DNA of 64,000 nt, taken from Acanthaster planci (lineage: Eukaryota). Every line of letters starts with the position of its first letter. Within the stretch, counting starts at the first letter, position 1. A model generated the notes under the pieces. It was not told where the DNA came from and made no database searches. It saw only the letters and a program-made list of their open reading frames with translations. Both the position numbers and the translations under genes were made by a program. The stretch is from NCBI RefSeq assembly GCF_001949145.1, contig NW_019091358.1, positions 434,961-498,960 on the forward strand, written 5' to 3'. Positions 39,448 to 52,400 of the stretch are shown here, in pieces.

Positions 39448-40566
39448 ATGGAGGCAGAAAACAGCAAAATCCAAACTGAAGTGGCGGTTTTCTTTCGCGC
39501 CTTGTTGTCTTACGTCCTTCCGGATCTCCTCCGTAATGTCGATGGCTCATCAAAGGTGGACGAAGTCAAGACGGCGTTGAGAGAAATCTCCCAGAAGTAC
39601 AGAATGGGTCTCTCCCAGGCCTCCACCCGTTACCGCTCTGACTGGGAAAAGGCCGCCAACCGCGCAGCTTACGTGTTCCTGTACTTAGTGCAGCACTGTA
39701 ACCTCGTGTGCTACGCGCTACTGCAGTCCACAGATCTTAGAGCAGGCTATGGTGACTGGGCTTATCGAAAGAAACTGAAGGTGTGCTGTGTTGGAGGTGG
39801 GCCTGGATCTGACCTGGTTGGTTTGGACACTTTTCTTCGGCAGACTTACGCCTCTCCGCCGATGTTAGATTGCCTCGTTTTGGACCTTTACCCCAGCTGG
39901 AAAAAGGCTTGGGACACGATTGCCTACCACCTTCCAAGGCAGCCTCCGTGTCAGCTACAAGAGATGTAATCTTGTCACGGACGCGGGACTGACAGATGAA
40001 ATCCGTCAGTTTGTCGTCGAAGCTGATCTCATTACGCTGGTGAAGTCCTTCTCGGCAGTGGCTGCCTTCTTTCGGGCTGACAAGAGCCAAGGGAGTGCCC
40101 TGCGTGCCATACTTCGTACATCAAACCCGGCTGTCACGTTCTCTACATTGACAACGACCACGACGGTGACAGCGAGTTTCGTAATGGCTTCGCCACCCCG
40201 GCTGGACTCGAAGTGGTGTTTGAAAAGCGTGGTTATCAATCTGTGCCGAGTGGCTCTTACTCGGATACTGTACGCAGATACTGCGACGCACTGGACTTCA
40301 ATCCAATGCGTGGATGTGATGTGAACATCCAACTCTATTGCAAGAAAGAGGAGAAGAGATTGGATAATGGCAGAGTTAACGTCCAGAAGACTGGTAATCT
40401 GAGCATGTCCTGTTGTGATGTCTTTCTCTTTGGATTTTTGTGTATTGTGCTGTACTTCTCCGTTCTTGCTTTTTATGGTTTTATCATATACGGTTTATTC
40501 CGTCTTGTATATTGGCTGTTGTGTCATCAATTTCCCACCAAATGTGCGTCAAAATTAAGGACATAG
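39448..40566 (+). pseudogene. Class I SAM-dependent methyltransferase-like protein with C-terminal hydrophobic segment; two frameshifts (pseudogene or sequence error)
   Basis: NRAAYVFLY, motif I KVCCVGGGPGSDLVG, CLVLDLYPSW; +1 shift at ~39937; then ADLITLVKSFSAV; -1 shift at ~40121; then KPGCHVLYIDN and a hydrophobic tail (VFLFGFLCIVLYFSVLAFYGFIIYGLF). About 372 aa if repaired. Confidence 0.7.
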
Positions 40567-42898
40567 AATTCATTGTCATTGTAAGATTAACATTTCTGTC
40601 GAACTCAGGCTGTGCACTGTTAACAAGCTTTATCTTGCATTTCAAATACTGTATATGTCGTAAACTTTCAGGATATACAAGTATATCATATTCAGGTTCA
40701 GAAACCAAGGTTTGGCCTCTTTGCAATTCAGTGAATGGCTGGACCCAATTCAAGATGGCTGAACGTGTTTGATTTTCATGATTTCGTGCCCAAAACTGGA
40801 TTCAAAATAATTCTGGTTTTATTTGTAATATATAAGTTAAGTATATACATGGATAAGGATGTATGGTTTGATATGTATTTAGTAGGGTTGGTTTGGTTTA
40901 ATGGATTTTTAACCACCAGGCTTACCAGTCACTAACAAGAGAAATTATAGGTGCCGTGTAATTCTGATTTTGTGGGCTAATGGTGGCGCCATTTGATTTT
41001 GCACGGGTTACATATTGTCAGATTTCGCAGAATTCTTCCCGCACCCGGCGATTTGACGTGACTCGGCTCGGGCATTATCTCCCCAGACGGTCTAAGACTG
41101 GTGAAGCACATATTTATTCCCACTCATAATGCCTTTTGAACTAAAAAATCAAAACAAGTGTAAAACTTACAAATTTCTTAAGATTTTATTACAAAATTTA
41201 CTATCCTTTCTCCACCCCCCATGTTATGGTAGGCCTATGTTCCTCCCTGGAGCTGTAGTAAGCGATCTCCTTATCAAAATGGAGACGCGCATCGCACGTG
41301 AGCCAACTGTTTAATACCGGCACGTAACGGGCTCGCTCGCGACCAATGGGAAGGACTTTATCTTAGGTATCATGACTAAGGGACCGAATGCTTGTATGCG
41401 CTTAGTTTAAGACCGGCTACTGTGTATGGTGGACGGGATTAATCGTTGGCATTTGTTGTATTTTGTCTCATCATTGACGGTGCTTGAAGTACTTGTCATG
41501 TCACGCTTGTCATCTTGCGCATTTGGCACCAATGGATCTGCTGGCACACAGGATTACGTGATAAAGTGTTATTTTCTTTAAGTTAAATACTTGCATTGTC
41601 TTTGTTGTAAATGAGAGCAATGTACAGAGATGTACAAAGAAGAAGTAATTCTTTTGAAATGTGTGAATGATAAATGTATCGAAAGTTTTGGTAAACGGCT
41701 TTCTGTTTGAATGAATTAAAATCAGACACTTTTGTTTTTAACATTTTGCAACGTCATATTTTTTATGTACTTAGCAATTACTTCACATGTAAATAATCTT
41801 CACTAGACGCATCCAGTTTTGGAAAATTTTGTCTGTAAAACAGTGGTCAAAATGAACCTACTCTGCCTTGAATCCTTATTAGTAAGCTGTGAAGAAAGTG
41901 CTAGTCAAATAAAGAGGTCCGGAGGATTAATAAGTTCTTTCCACCTCAGTACTTTTTACTACATAACTGTTTAATGGAGTGATTATGGCCTAAAATTATC
42001 CGACAGTTGGAGGCTTATTTTTATAATGTCCGTGATCTTTGTGTATTCACTTTCAGAATGCGCACATAATTTGCCCATAATTTTGGTTTTTTTATACATG
42101 TTGTAATTCGCCTGTTCATTTTACTCAATGTTCTCAACACTCGTTAATACTATTTTGGTATTATAATTCCTGATATTATGCTGTGCATTGTTCCTTTGAA
42201 AATCATACTACACATAATGCTGCAGTGTCTGACTTTCATATGAAGTTCTTGATGGAATGTCTACCTTTTTTCAGCATTTTCATCTGTGCAGTTAGTTTAC
42301 TTTGCTAAATTGAACATTTTTAATAACACCAGCTCAACTTTATCAGTCCACCCTGCCAAAATTAAACAAAAGATAATTATATCAAAGGGTCAACACTTCT
42401 CATTCACAAACATTATCTATTCGGAACTCCTTTAAAAGGCTGCTTATTCATCTGTCACTTATGAGAAAACCACTAAAAAGGACTGAGAATGTTCCTGTTC
42501 GCAAAACATGTTTATCGGGGTAAAATGAGGCTGTCTAATTCTATACGTATATTTATTTCAAGCGGTACCCTTTCTACTCATCCTGCAAGTGATTAATTTC
42601 GCCCCTGTCTGTGCAAAATCAAACACATATGAATAACTGATTAAATGCAAGTTTTCCTGAATGTGACGGGTTTACATACTACATGTACTTGCATTACAGT
42701 TTGTTATCTAATGATAAAAAACGAAAAGATTGATTAACACCTCAGGAAGAAAAGACTCGAAGAATTCCTGACTGCTAGTTCACAGTCCTATGATGGAAAT
42801 ATATGCATCCTCTGTATACAACGCGCCACACAACCATACGTGACATACGTTATTAAATTTTATCTTTAAAACGCACCAGTCATATTTTTGAAAAAAAG

Positions 42899-43022
42899 AG
42901 GAGAGGTGTCAGCTTGAAGGGGGCTGGCTGGTTACTATCAGGAGTGGAACCGACCAGAATTGGATCACTGAGTTCTTCCGAAGGCACAGACCACATGCTT
43001 GTCACGACTGGTACTGGATTGG
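42899..43022 (+). CDS. C-type lectin domain, internal exon
   Basis: ERCQLEGGWLVTIRSGTDQNWITEFFRRHRPHACHDWYWIG|gtaagt (phase 2); CTLD C1, helix and WIG motif. The acceptor is weak, so the 5' boundary is uncertain. Confidence 0.72.
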
Positions 43023-43903
43023 GTAAGTTGTATTCAGCTATGGGCTCTCGAGCCGAGGCCTATACAACGTTTCAGGAGAGGTTTTTGCTGACAGATGAAG
43101 CGACTAGTCTTACAAGACTGGTGTCAAACTGACCGCAAGATGTCACTGGTCAAAATCCTTAAGCTTTGCAATGCAATGACTTTTGAGAAAATGTTGAAGA
43201 GGGAGCAGATTCTGCCCCAAGCCTTAAATTCACTTTGCAACCAAATACTGTCTACTTATTTTCCCCCATGTTGAACTTCAGCGATGAACCAACTCAAACC
43301 TTCAGCTGGGGGTTTGGCTTGCCCTAACCAGAAACATATTTGTGACTCGAACTTCGAACACTCTCAGGGCGGAAATGGTTACGTCATCCGACAGAGCCAA
43401 AGCGCTTAACCAATAATCATAGCTGGAACATGTCCGTGGTTCGGGTCGCCAAAATACGCCCAAGAATGCTGAAAGTCATTTCAAAGTGTGAAATCAAGAA
43501 CAGTCCACAGACGCAAGGGTCCAAATGCGGGACGACAGCCTATCTTTTCACCTTCACGTTGGAAGTTCCTTGTTAAACTTGTAGGCTATATACGCGCTCT
43601 CTTGCTTCATTATGGTATTGGTTCAGTCCTGCTTTTGCCGCAAAATATAATATACAAACGATTGAACATCCCTTAATTAAAAACAAGTGCACTAAATTAA
43701 TGGGTACTGCCGTGAGCCCTTACCAGATTTTGAATTTCTAACACAAAATAACAACAATAACAACTGCGTTCAACGTCGTTTTTGACCTTTCAATTGCAGT
43801 TTAAGTATGACCGTGTATTTGGATTTATTGAATCACAGAACAAACAAAAATGAAAGTTTCCAACTGATGTGGGCATTTTAATCTTGGCTTGAGTCGCACA
43901 AAG

Positions 43904-44123
43904 GGCGAATGACGTCCTTAATGGAGGTTCATGGTATTGGATGGAAGATAATGGTACTCTTGATTCCTTTTCAAACTTCGCTCCGGGTGAACCCAACAAC
44001 AACCATGGGAACGAAGATGCAGCTGCTGCGAACGCTGGAAATAGTCAGTGGAACGACGTACCGCATCAAACCGAAGTCATGAACTGCTATGTCTGCGAGA
44101 TGAAACCAAAGTCCTGTGCGTAA
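43904..44123 (+). CDS. C-type lectin domain, terminal exon
   Basis: cacaaag|(G)ANDVLNGGSWYWMEDNGTLDSFSNFAPGEPNNNHGNEDAAAANAGNSQWNDVPHQTEVMNCYVCEMKPKSCA*. EPN, WND and YVCE motifs; phase 2 matches the previous exon. Confidence 0.78.
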
Positions 44124-44545
44124 ACAGAAGTCAGCCTGAAACTGCTAGCGGTAGAGTTAAGCTTTTCTTGTTCAACTGTCCCTGAGAAGGATACACTTCA
44201 ATCACACCATTAAGATAATGACATTGGTATGAGGTTGAAATCTAGATGTAAGTCGGTGACATCGCACTCACACGCACTTTCTTTAGCTTGACGCGCGTGT
44301 GCTTTTGGCAAATTGCGACACCCTGTTGGTCAAAGAGGCAAGTAACGCGCGCGTACCACCTGTCAGCGAGCGTTGTGCCGCCGCAGTAATGGCTTCTAAT
44401 TCTGGTGGTCGAATTACACTATAGGGAACACTCAGCAGAATCACAACCCACCACGTAAGAGAATGAAATCGAAAACATCCAGGCTTTCAACTTATGACCT
44501 CTGCCCCTTTTGTCATATATATTTATATCCGTGGGCGCTGACCCA

Positions 44546-44883
44546 AGGCCGTGTCCGAAACGGGCTTCCAGAGCTACGGCTAAGTCTATTGTCCTTTTCA
44601 GTGGTGCGAAGACCTAGACTTAGGCCGTTTTTCAATACTCAACTGCGGCTCCGTCTCAGGCTTCACCTGGTTTTTAACTAGCTGACTTTGAAGCTGTAAG
44701 CGCAGTAATTAGTCCAGTAGTGACGCAAAACATCAAATAAGATGCAAGAGAGCAAGAAATTACAGTAATCCAATTTAATTTAAACGCTTCAGGCCCTCAA
44801 TCGGGATTGGTTTTGGGAGCGAAGCTCAAGTCGAGTATTGGAAAAGAGCCCTAGCTCTAGACAAGAGATTCGGATGCAGCCTA
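44546..44883. mobile_element. Nested GG..CC-ended MITEs
   Basis: Outer ends aggccgtgtccgaa..ttcggatgcagcct. Inner ends taggccgtttttcaatactcaact (~44621) and agtcgagtattggaaaagagccct (~44852). Confidence 0.45.
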
Positions 44884-45865
44884 AGGGTCCAGTCCACTAG
44901 TTACGCCCCATTGAAAACAGTGTAAAATCAGCACCGTTCAGGGCCCAATAGCATGCACGCCAACACCCCTGAGATTTCTGAAACACAAATGAAATTCTTG
45001 TCTGGTCACTTATCTTTCAATTTCTTTTCAATTTTGTATGGGTTAACCAATTACATTTTTAATTATTACCACAAAACAAAATCACCCCAAGTGATTTTTC
45101 CGTAGTCTGATTGCAGCCATTTTTCAAGTGGCAACCCTCAACTTTCTCTGGCACTTAGGACCATTTTTCAACCGTAGTTTTTAGCCCTTGTTCTCTCATA
45201 TGAAAGCTCAAAGACCCAGGGAGTTGATCCTGGCAACGATTTACACAATCTGATCATTTTGGGGGNNNNNNNNNNNNNNNNNNNNNNNNNNNNNNNNNNN
45301 NNNNNNNNNNNNNNNNNNNNNNNNNNNNNNNNNNNNNNNNNNNNNNNNNNNNNNNNNNNNNNNNNNNNNNNNNNNNNNNNNNNNNNNNNNNNNNNNNNNN
45401 NNNNNNNNNNNNNNNNNNNNNNNNNNNNNNNNNNNNNNNNNNNNNNNNNNNNNNNNNNNNNNNNNNNNNNNNNNNNNNNNNNNNNNNNNNNNNNNNNNNN
45501 NNNNNNNNNNNNNNNNNNNNNNNNNNNNNNNNNNNNNNNNNNNNNNNNNNNNNNNNNNNNNNNNNNNNNNNNNNNNNNNNNNNNNNNNNNNNNNNNNNNN
45601 NNNNNNNNNNNNNNNNNNNNNNNNNNNNNNNNNNNNNNNNNNNNNCTTTTCGGGGGGTGAGTTTGTTTTGGGCGGATAATTAAAAAAATCATTGGTTAAC
45701 CTACTAAAAATTGAAAATCAAATGAAATCTGAAGGACCAAACAACACATTGATTTTTGTTTGAGAGGCCTCAGGGACTTCAGTTGCCTGCCATGGGGCTC
45801 CAAACTTGGTTGATTTTCAATGGAGCTTGAATTAGTTCAGTGCACCCCTAAGATTCTTTATCATG

Positions 45866-48800
45866 GGTCGTCCGGGAATCTTTGGGCAGGGAACCAGACT
45901 AGTCAAGCAACTACTTTTGTGTCGTTGAGGGCAGCAGATTGATTTACCGTTAACCCTGAGGCAAGGCCACCCACTGTGATGTGACCACTACTACTAAGCG
46001 ATGTTTTTTATTACACAAGATTCTAGGGATGAACCGTGTATTGTACCATGGAGGTAGAATTCTACCTCCATGATTGTACATACATGTACATGTACATTCC
46101 GATGGGAGTATCGCTCCGTTCTCAGACGTGAGAGAAGACTGTTTTTTGGGCCTCGTGGAAAGTTTTGTCTGATGAAATATAGGAACTCACTTTCCTGTGA
46201 AAAAAAATCCTCCAGAGCTATTATGACCTTCATTCAAGTCAGGTTAATCGTGTAAAAAATAAAAAAGAAGGTACGTCCAAGTGGTCATTTCTTAAACTCC
46301 GGTGTCTTATAAGGATGGCTCAAGATTGTCCCCAAAATCCATCAAACATTTGTAATTCCCGAGCAAATCCACATATCCGACCAAATAGAATTATGGCATA
46401 TGTGTCCAAAATATAGCATATAATGACGGGTAGTAATTTCCTAATTCATCGGCCTGTGAATTTCTGAAGCCACAGTCTAGACGAGCCAGTATTCGGAAAA
46501 CCTTACCCACGCATATCATCTCTGTACTGGCATACTAGCCTGACGACGTAGGGGGCGGTCGTACATGTACGGTGCGCGACGCGACGCAAAACAAGTCAAA
46601 ACTCAAGTTTGAGCATGCAGAGCAAGTGGTTGTCCCGAATGGGATTGGCGCAAATGTTCTAGTTCCCCTCACATTCTTGAAGATGAGTTTTTGGTGAGTG
46701 GTTTCAAAAATCCAGGTATTATCGTGAATTAAGTAAAATTAATTAATTTGTAAAATAAACATCCCGAAATTGCAGACATGGCAGGCCAAGTCATTGACAC
46801 TGCAGTACTAACTGGACGACGTGTGTGAAGAGCAGGCCAAGGGCCTGTCACGAAGGACTAGCATCATGACTAGGCTTATGTGTTCTTATATTTTATTCCT
46901 CCATGGTAATGTGCAGTGTTGTCATCTTTTGTCATTGAGGATTGATAGCTGGTGCCGGCAAAATATATAGGCCTAAATGGTATTTAGCCGGTAGGGCCGG
47001 CCTACACATACATGTACCGTGTTCGATCTCCCCTGTATTGCATCACATTTTCGATGCATATTGACCAAATGCTACACACTTTCTAAAATAAATTGTACAT
47101 TGCGCAATGCAAAATGCACAGGGCTTCTTGCTACTGTGCTAAAATATGCTGGAAACAATGATTCGTTTTACATACGCTTGTAGTAGTACCATGGAAGGAG
47201 GGGACGTGTGGTAGTGGGGTACCCCAGAACTGTGGGGTTCGCCCCACCACCTGCTCCCATGAACCTCACAGAAAAGCCTTTTTTGCCATAGGCTCGACAT
47301 GACATTTAACAGGGCATGAATAGGGGTTCTGTGAGTTTGTGTACCCACAGAAATGCTGCTCCATTCCACCCAAGAGTCCCAAGGGTCAAACCATGTGGAT
47401 TTTCAATAAAAGGTGCATTATTTCCCAGTTCGCATGGGTACTCGTGAAGATGAGCCATGACCGCAGTGGAAGTTGCGTTATCCCTACATGTACATGTAGT
47501 TTCACTTTGGGAATTGTTGAGTTTGCTTTTCTTTAATTTATTTTTTGTGATAATATTTCATTGAAATAGTGAATAAACCAAATCAGATCAAAATTAAAGA
47601 CCAAATGGTTGACTGGCTGCAATCGATACGTGTACACAAGATATGGAAATTGGCTGCTGCCGTTTTTCGTATGTGTGTGTGTAACTCTTAGCCGCAACTG
47701 GCCTGACTGGTTGAAATGGCAGTTGGCTGCAGTGCGCTGAGGGTCACACTGACCAGTCACAGGGCTCCTCATTATTTACATACATGTCCAAATGGCAGGA
47801 ACTACAACCAACAGCCGCCGGGTCCGAGTGCGCATAAACGCGTGGCGCTGAAGATCGCTGCTGTGCCCGTTACACCACAAGCATTATGTGGCACAAGTGC
47901 GATTAATCTTGCACATGGCTGGCTGCAGCTAGGTACGGCAGCATTCTTCAGTGCAACCTGCACACACATGCATGACATTCAGATGTGTTTAGCCATTGAT
48001 GTCCATCATGTGCAGCAGTTTTAGGCAGATACCCTGGGCGGGTATTTTACCCCTATTTTCTGGTACCCGTACTTTATGCCTACTTTACCCACTTTACAAA
48101 TATTACGGCCCCAGACTGAGAACCCACTTGTTCTAAAAATGATTTTGTCTTTTCGTTTGTGGATATATTCAGTGATTTCATTTTGAAAAACTGTCTCACA
48201 AAATTAGGCAATTGCTACATGTACATGTACATGCAAAAAATATATTGCATAGCAGTTTTTGCTGTGCAAATGTTTTGAGGAAATTGAACACTGAACGCAT
48301 GTATGAGTGAGCTTAAGGTTGTTCATGGGCATGATGCATCGTTTTCCCAAACATTCCCAAATCCTGTGATTTCAATATGAGTGTACGTAGGCCTACACCC
48401 TAGGATTTGATGATGTCATTGGCAGAACGCCTACCGGTACATGTACATGTACAGTACATTGCATGATTGCACATAGTACATGTACATGCAGTATCGCATG
48501 CTTGCATTAGACCAAGTTATGTTCGATGTAGCTTGGCCCACTGGCAAACACCGTCTCAGTTCAAGAGATACATGGTAGGACTGTGTCTTTTAACTTCTAC
48601 CTTGCATGGATGATGATTTTGAAATGAATGTTATTTGTTATGTTGAAATACTTCACGTGAACTAAATGTTTTCTCTTTCTGTTAACCTTTACACATTTGA
48701 ACATGGTCTGGGAAACATGTAAATGGATGCATATATACAACATTTATCACTCTTTATGTCAGGTACAGGACCTTGAAATGATGGTTATTTTGCCTGTTAT

Positions 48801-49421
48801 TGTTGGCCTTATATGCTCATGTATATTTTTGTCATCTCCAATTATGTTAAATTTGAAAATAACTATTTGAGGAGTCAACAATCGCTCGAACAATAAAATA
48901 TACAAATATTTTATCTTTGGCACAGCATTGAAGAACATACTGGTACACGTACTGTACTTTCAGGGGTGTATTGTACATTTGGGCCAAATCTCATACATTC
49001 TCAAGCAAGAAAAAGCAAACTTTAAAATCAAAGAAAGGTTGTTTGATAGTAAAATTGTTTGACGTTGACTGCATGATGCGTGAAATGAAACAAATCTTCA
49101 AGGCAGATTTCTTACCACTTTATTATTGTTGCTTCAACGTTGTATAGAAATTTGTGGACCCCAAAAATTGACCGTATAATTAATCAAACCCATAATCGAA
49201 ACAGGATTGGAAAGTAATTAATCAAAAAACTTGCAGGCCTTATTCAGTCAGACCAAGGCAGTCTCACATTGTTTATGCAGGCTGGCTTTTCTTTAGGACA
49301 CTGACCATGTTGCTCAATATTGTGCTGTTGCCATAGGGGCCATGTAAAGATAATTACATGTAGGTTATAGATACTTATATTTTCTACTATCCGTACTGAA
49401 CAGAATGAACAGATGGATTCG
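45866..49421. repeat. Tandem duplication, copy A (~3.56 kb)
   Basis: Starts ggtcgtccgggaatctttgggcagggaacc and ends gaacagatggattcg, followed by a single N at 49422. Colinear with copy B. Confidence 0.95.
46540..46699 (+). promoter_or_regulatory. Candidate promoter / non-coding first exon of the PDZ gene (also duplicated at ~50060-50212)
   Basis: CpG cluster with GC box GGGGCGG and TTGGCGC, then donor TTG|GTGAGT at ~46694. TA micro-insertion density rises from here onward. Assignment to the PDZ gene is inferred. Confidence 0.35.
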
Positions 49422-49424
49422 NTT

Positions 49425-52400
49425 GGTCGTCCGGGAATCTTTGGGCAGGGAACCAGACTAGTCAAGCAACTACTTTTGTGTCGTTGAGGGCAGCAGATTG
49501 ATTTACCATTAACCCTGAGGCTAGGCCACTGTGACCGCTACTCTCCTAAGCGATGTTTTTTTATTACACAAGATTCTGGGGATGAACCGTGTACTGTACA
49601 TACATGTACATTCCTATGGGAGTCTTGCTCCGTTCTCAGTCGTGAGAGAAGACTGTTTTTCGGGCCTCGTGGAAAGTTTTGTCTGATGAAATATAGGAAC
49701 TCACTTTCCTGTGAAAAAAAATCCTCCAGAGCTGTTATGACCCTCATTCAAGTCAGGTTAATAGTGTAAAAAATAAAAAAGAAGGTACGTCCAAGTGGTC
49801 ATTTCTTAAACTCCGGTGTCTTATAAGGATGGCTCAAGATTGTCCCCAAAATCCATCAAACATTTGTAATTCCCGAGCAAATCCACATATCCGACCAAAT
49901 AGAATTATGGCATATGTGTCCAAAATATAGCATATAATGACGGATAGTAATTTCCTAATTCATCGGCCTGCGAATTTCTGAAGCCAAAGTCTAGACGAGC
50001 CAGTATTTGGAAAACGTTACTCATAGTACATGTATGTACATATGTACTGGCATACTAGCCTGACAACGTAGGGGGCGGTCGTACGTGAGCGACGCGACGC
50101 AGAAACAAGCTAAAACTCAAGTTTGAGTATGCAGAGCAAGTGGTTGTCCCGAATGGGATTTGCGCAAATGTTCTAGTTCCCCTCACATTCTGGAAGATGA
50201 GTTTTGGTGAGTGGTTACAAAGATTCAGGTACTATAGTGAATTAAGCGTTAAATGCTGTCATTTCTGGTCTATTTGTAAAATAAACATCCCGAAATTGCA
50301 GGCATGGCAGGCCAAGTCATTGACACTGCAGTACTAACTGTACGACGTGTGTGAAGAGCAGGCCTAGCGCCTGTCACTAGGACTAGCATGACTAGGCTTA
50401 TGTGTTTTTATGTTTTATTCCTTCATGGTAATGTGCAGTGTTGTCATCTTTTGTCGTCGAGGATTGATAGCTGGCGCCGGCAAAATTTCTGTAGGCCTAA
50501 ATGGTATTTAGCCCATTTAGGGCCTACACATACAGTGTTCGATTTCCCCTGTAGGCCTATTGCATCACATATTCACATTTTCGATGCATATTAACCAAAT
50601 GCTACACACTTTCTAAAATAAATCGTATATTGTGCAATGCAAAATGCACAGGGCTTCTTGCTGTTATGTGAGAATATATGCTCGAAACAACAATTCGATT
50701 TACACACATACATCCCATGTGGGGTGGAGTACCACCAGAACCGTGGGGTCCGCCCAACCACCTGCACCCATGAACCTCACAGAAAAGCCTTTTTTGCCAT
50801 AGGCTCTACATGACATTTAACAGGGCCTGAACAGGGGTTCTGTGAGCTTGTGTACCTACAGAAATGCTGCTCCATCCATTCCACCAAAGAGTTCTATACA
50901 CCTTTACATACATACATTGTACGTGTAATGTACATGTACTTTTGTAGTCGGTAGGCCTACATGTCCCTTGGAAAAAGGGTCAAACCATGTGGATTTTCAA
51001 TAAAAGGTGCAGTTATATCCCAGTTCACATGAGTACTTGTGAAGATGAGCCACGACCGCAGTGGAAGTTGCGTTATCCCTATTATTTTCACTTTTGGGAA
51101 TTGTTGAGTTTGCTTTTCTTTCATTTAATTTTTGTTTTAAATTTATTTTTGGAAATAGTGAATAAACCAAATCAGATCAAAATTAAAGACCAAATGGTTG
51201 ACTGGCTGCAATCGATACATGTACACAAGATGTGGAAATTGGCTGCAGCCGTTTTTGTATGTGTGTGTGTGTAATTCTTAGCCGCAACTGGCCTGACTGG
51301 TTGAAATGGCAGTTGGCTGCAGTGTGTTGAGGGTCACACTGACCAGTCACAGGACTCCTCATTATTTACATACCGGTATGGTTCATTCCATGAAGTTCGG
51401 GCACAGTTTGTGATGGCGTCCCTTGTTACATCGGTAACTTTTATTTCCCTTTATTTTCACATTACAACAGATTAAGTCATATTATTCAGCAAAGAGGAAG
51501 TACACCACTACAAGAACCTAGCAAGATTTAGAACAATGTCAATTTAGAATCCACCTGCAGGGAAAAAAAGATGTTTATTTTCACTGATGTAACAAGGGAC
51601 GCTGTCATAAACTGTGCCCGAACTTCGTGGAATGACCCTTGCATGTCCGAATGGACCGGAACGACAACCAACAGCCGCCGGGTCCAAGTGCGCATAAGCG
51701 CGTGGCGCTGAAGATTGATGCTGCGCCCGTTGCACCAGAAGCATTATGTGGAACAAGTGCCATAGATCTTGCACATGGCTGGCTGTAGCTAGGCACGGCA
51801 GCATTCTTCAGTGCAACCTGCACTCACGTGCATGATACTCGGGTGTGTTTAGCCATTGATGTCCATCATGTGCAGCAGTTTTAGGCAGATACCGTGGGCA
51901 GGTATTTTACTCCTATTTTCAGGTACATGTACCGGTACTTTATGCCTACTTTACCCACTTGACAAATATTAGGGCCCCTGACTGAGAACCCACTTGTTCT
52001 AAAAATGATTTAGTCTTTTCGTTTATGGATATATTCAGTGATTTCATGCAGTTATATTGTGAAAAGCTCTTTCACAAAATTAGGCAATTGCTACATGTCT
52101 GCAAAAAATATATTGCATAGCAGTTTTTGCTGTGCAAATGTTTTGAGGAAATTGAACACTGAATGCATGTATGAGTGAGCCTAAGGTTGTTCATGGGCAT
52201 GATGCGTCGTTTTCCCAAACATTCCCAAATCCTGTGATTTCAATATGATTGTACATGTACATAGGCCTACACCCTAGGATTTGATGATGTCATTGGCAGA
52301 ACGCCTACCGGTACATGTACAGTACAAACCTGTACATTGCATGATTGCACATAGTACGTGTACATGCAGTATCGCACGCTTGCATTAGACCATGTTGTGT

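Noticed and set aside
45168..45692. Long ORFs in the track here, at 26199-26390 and at 55059-55412
   Set aside because: They only span N gaps.
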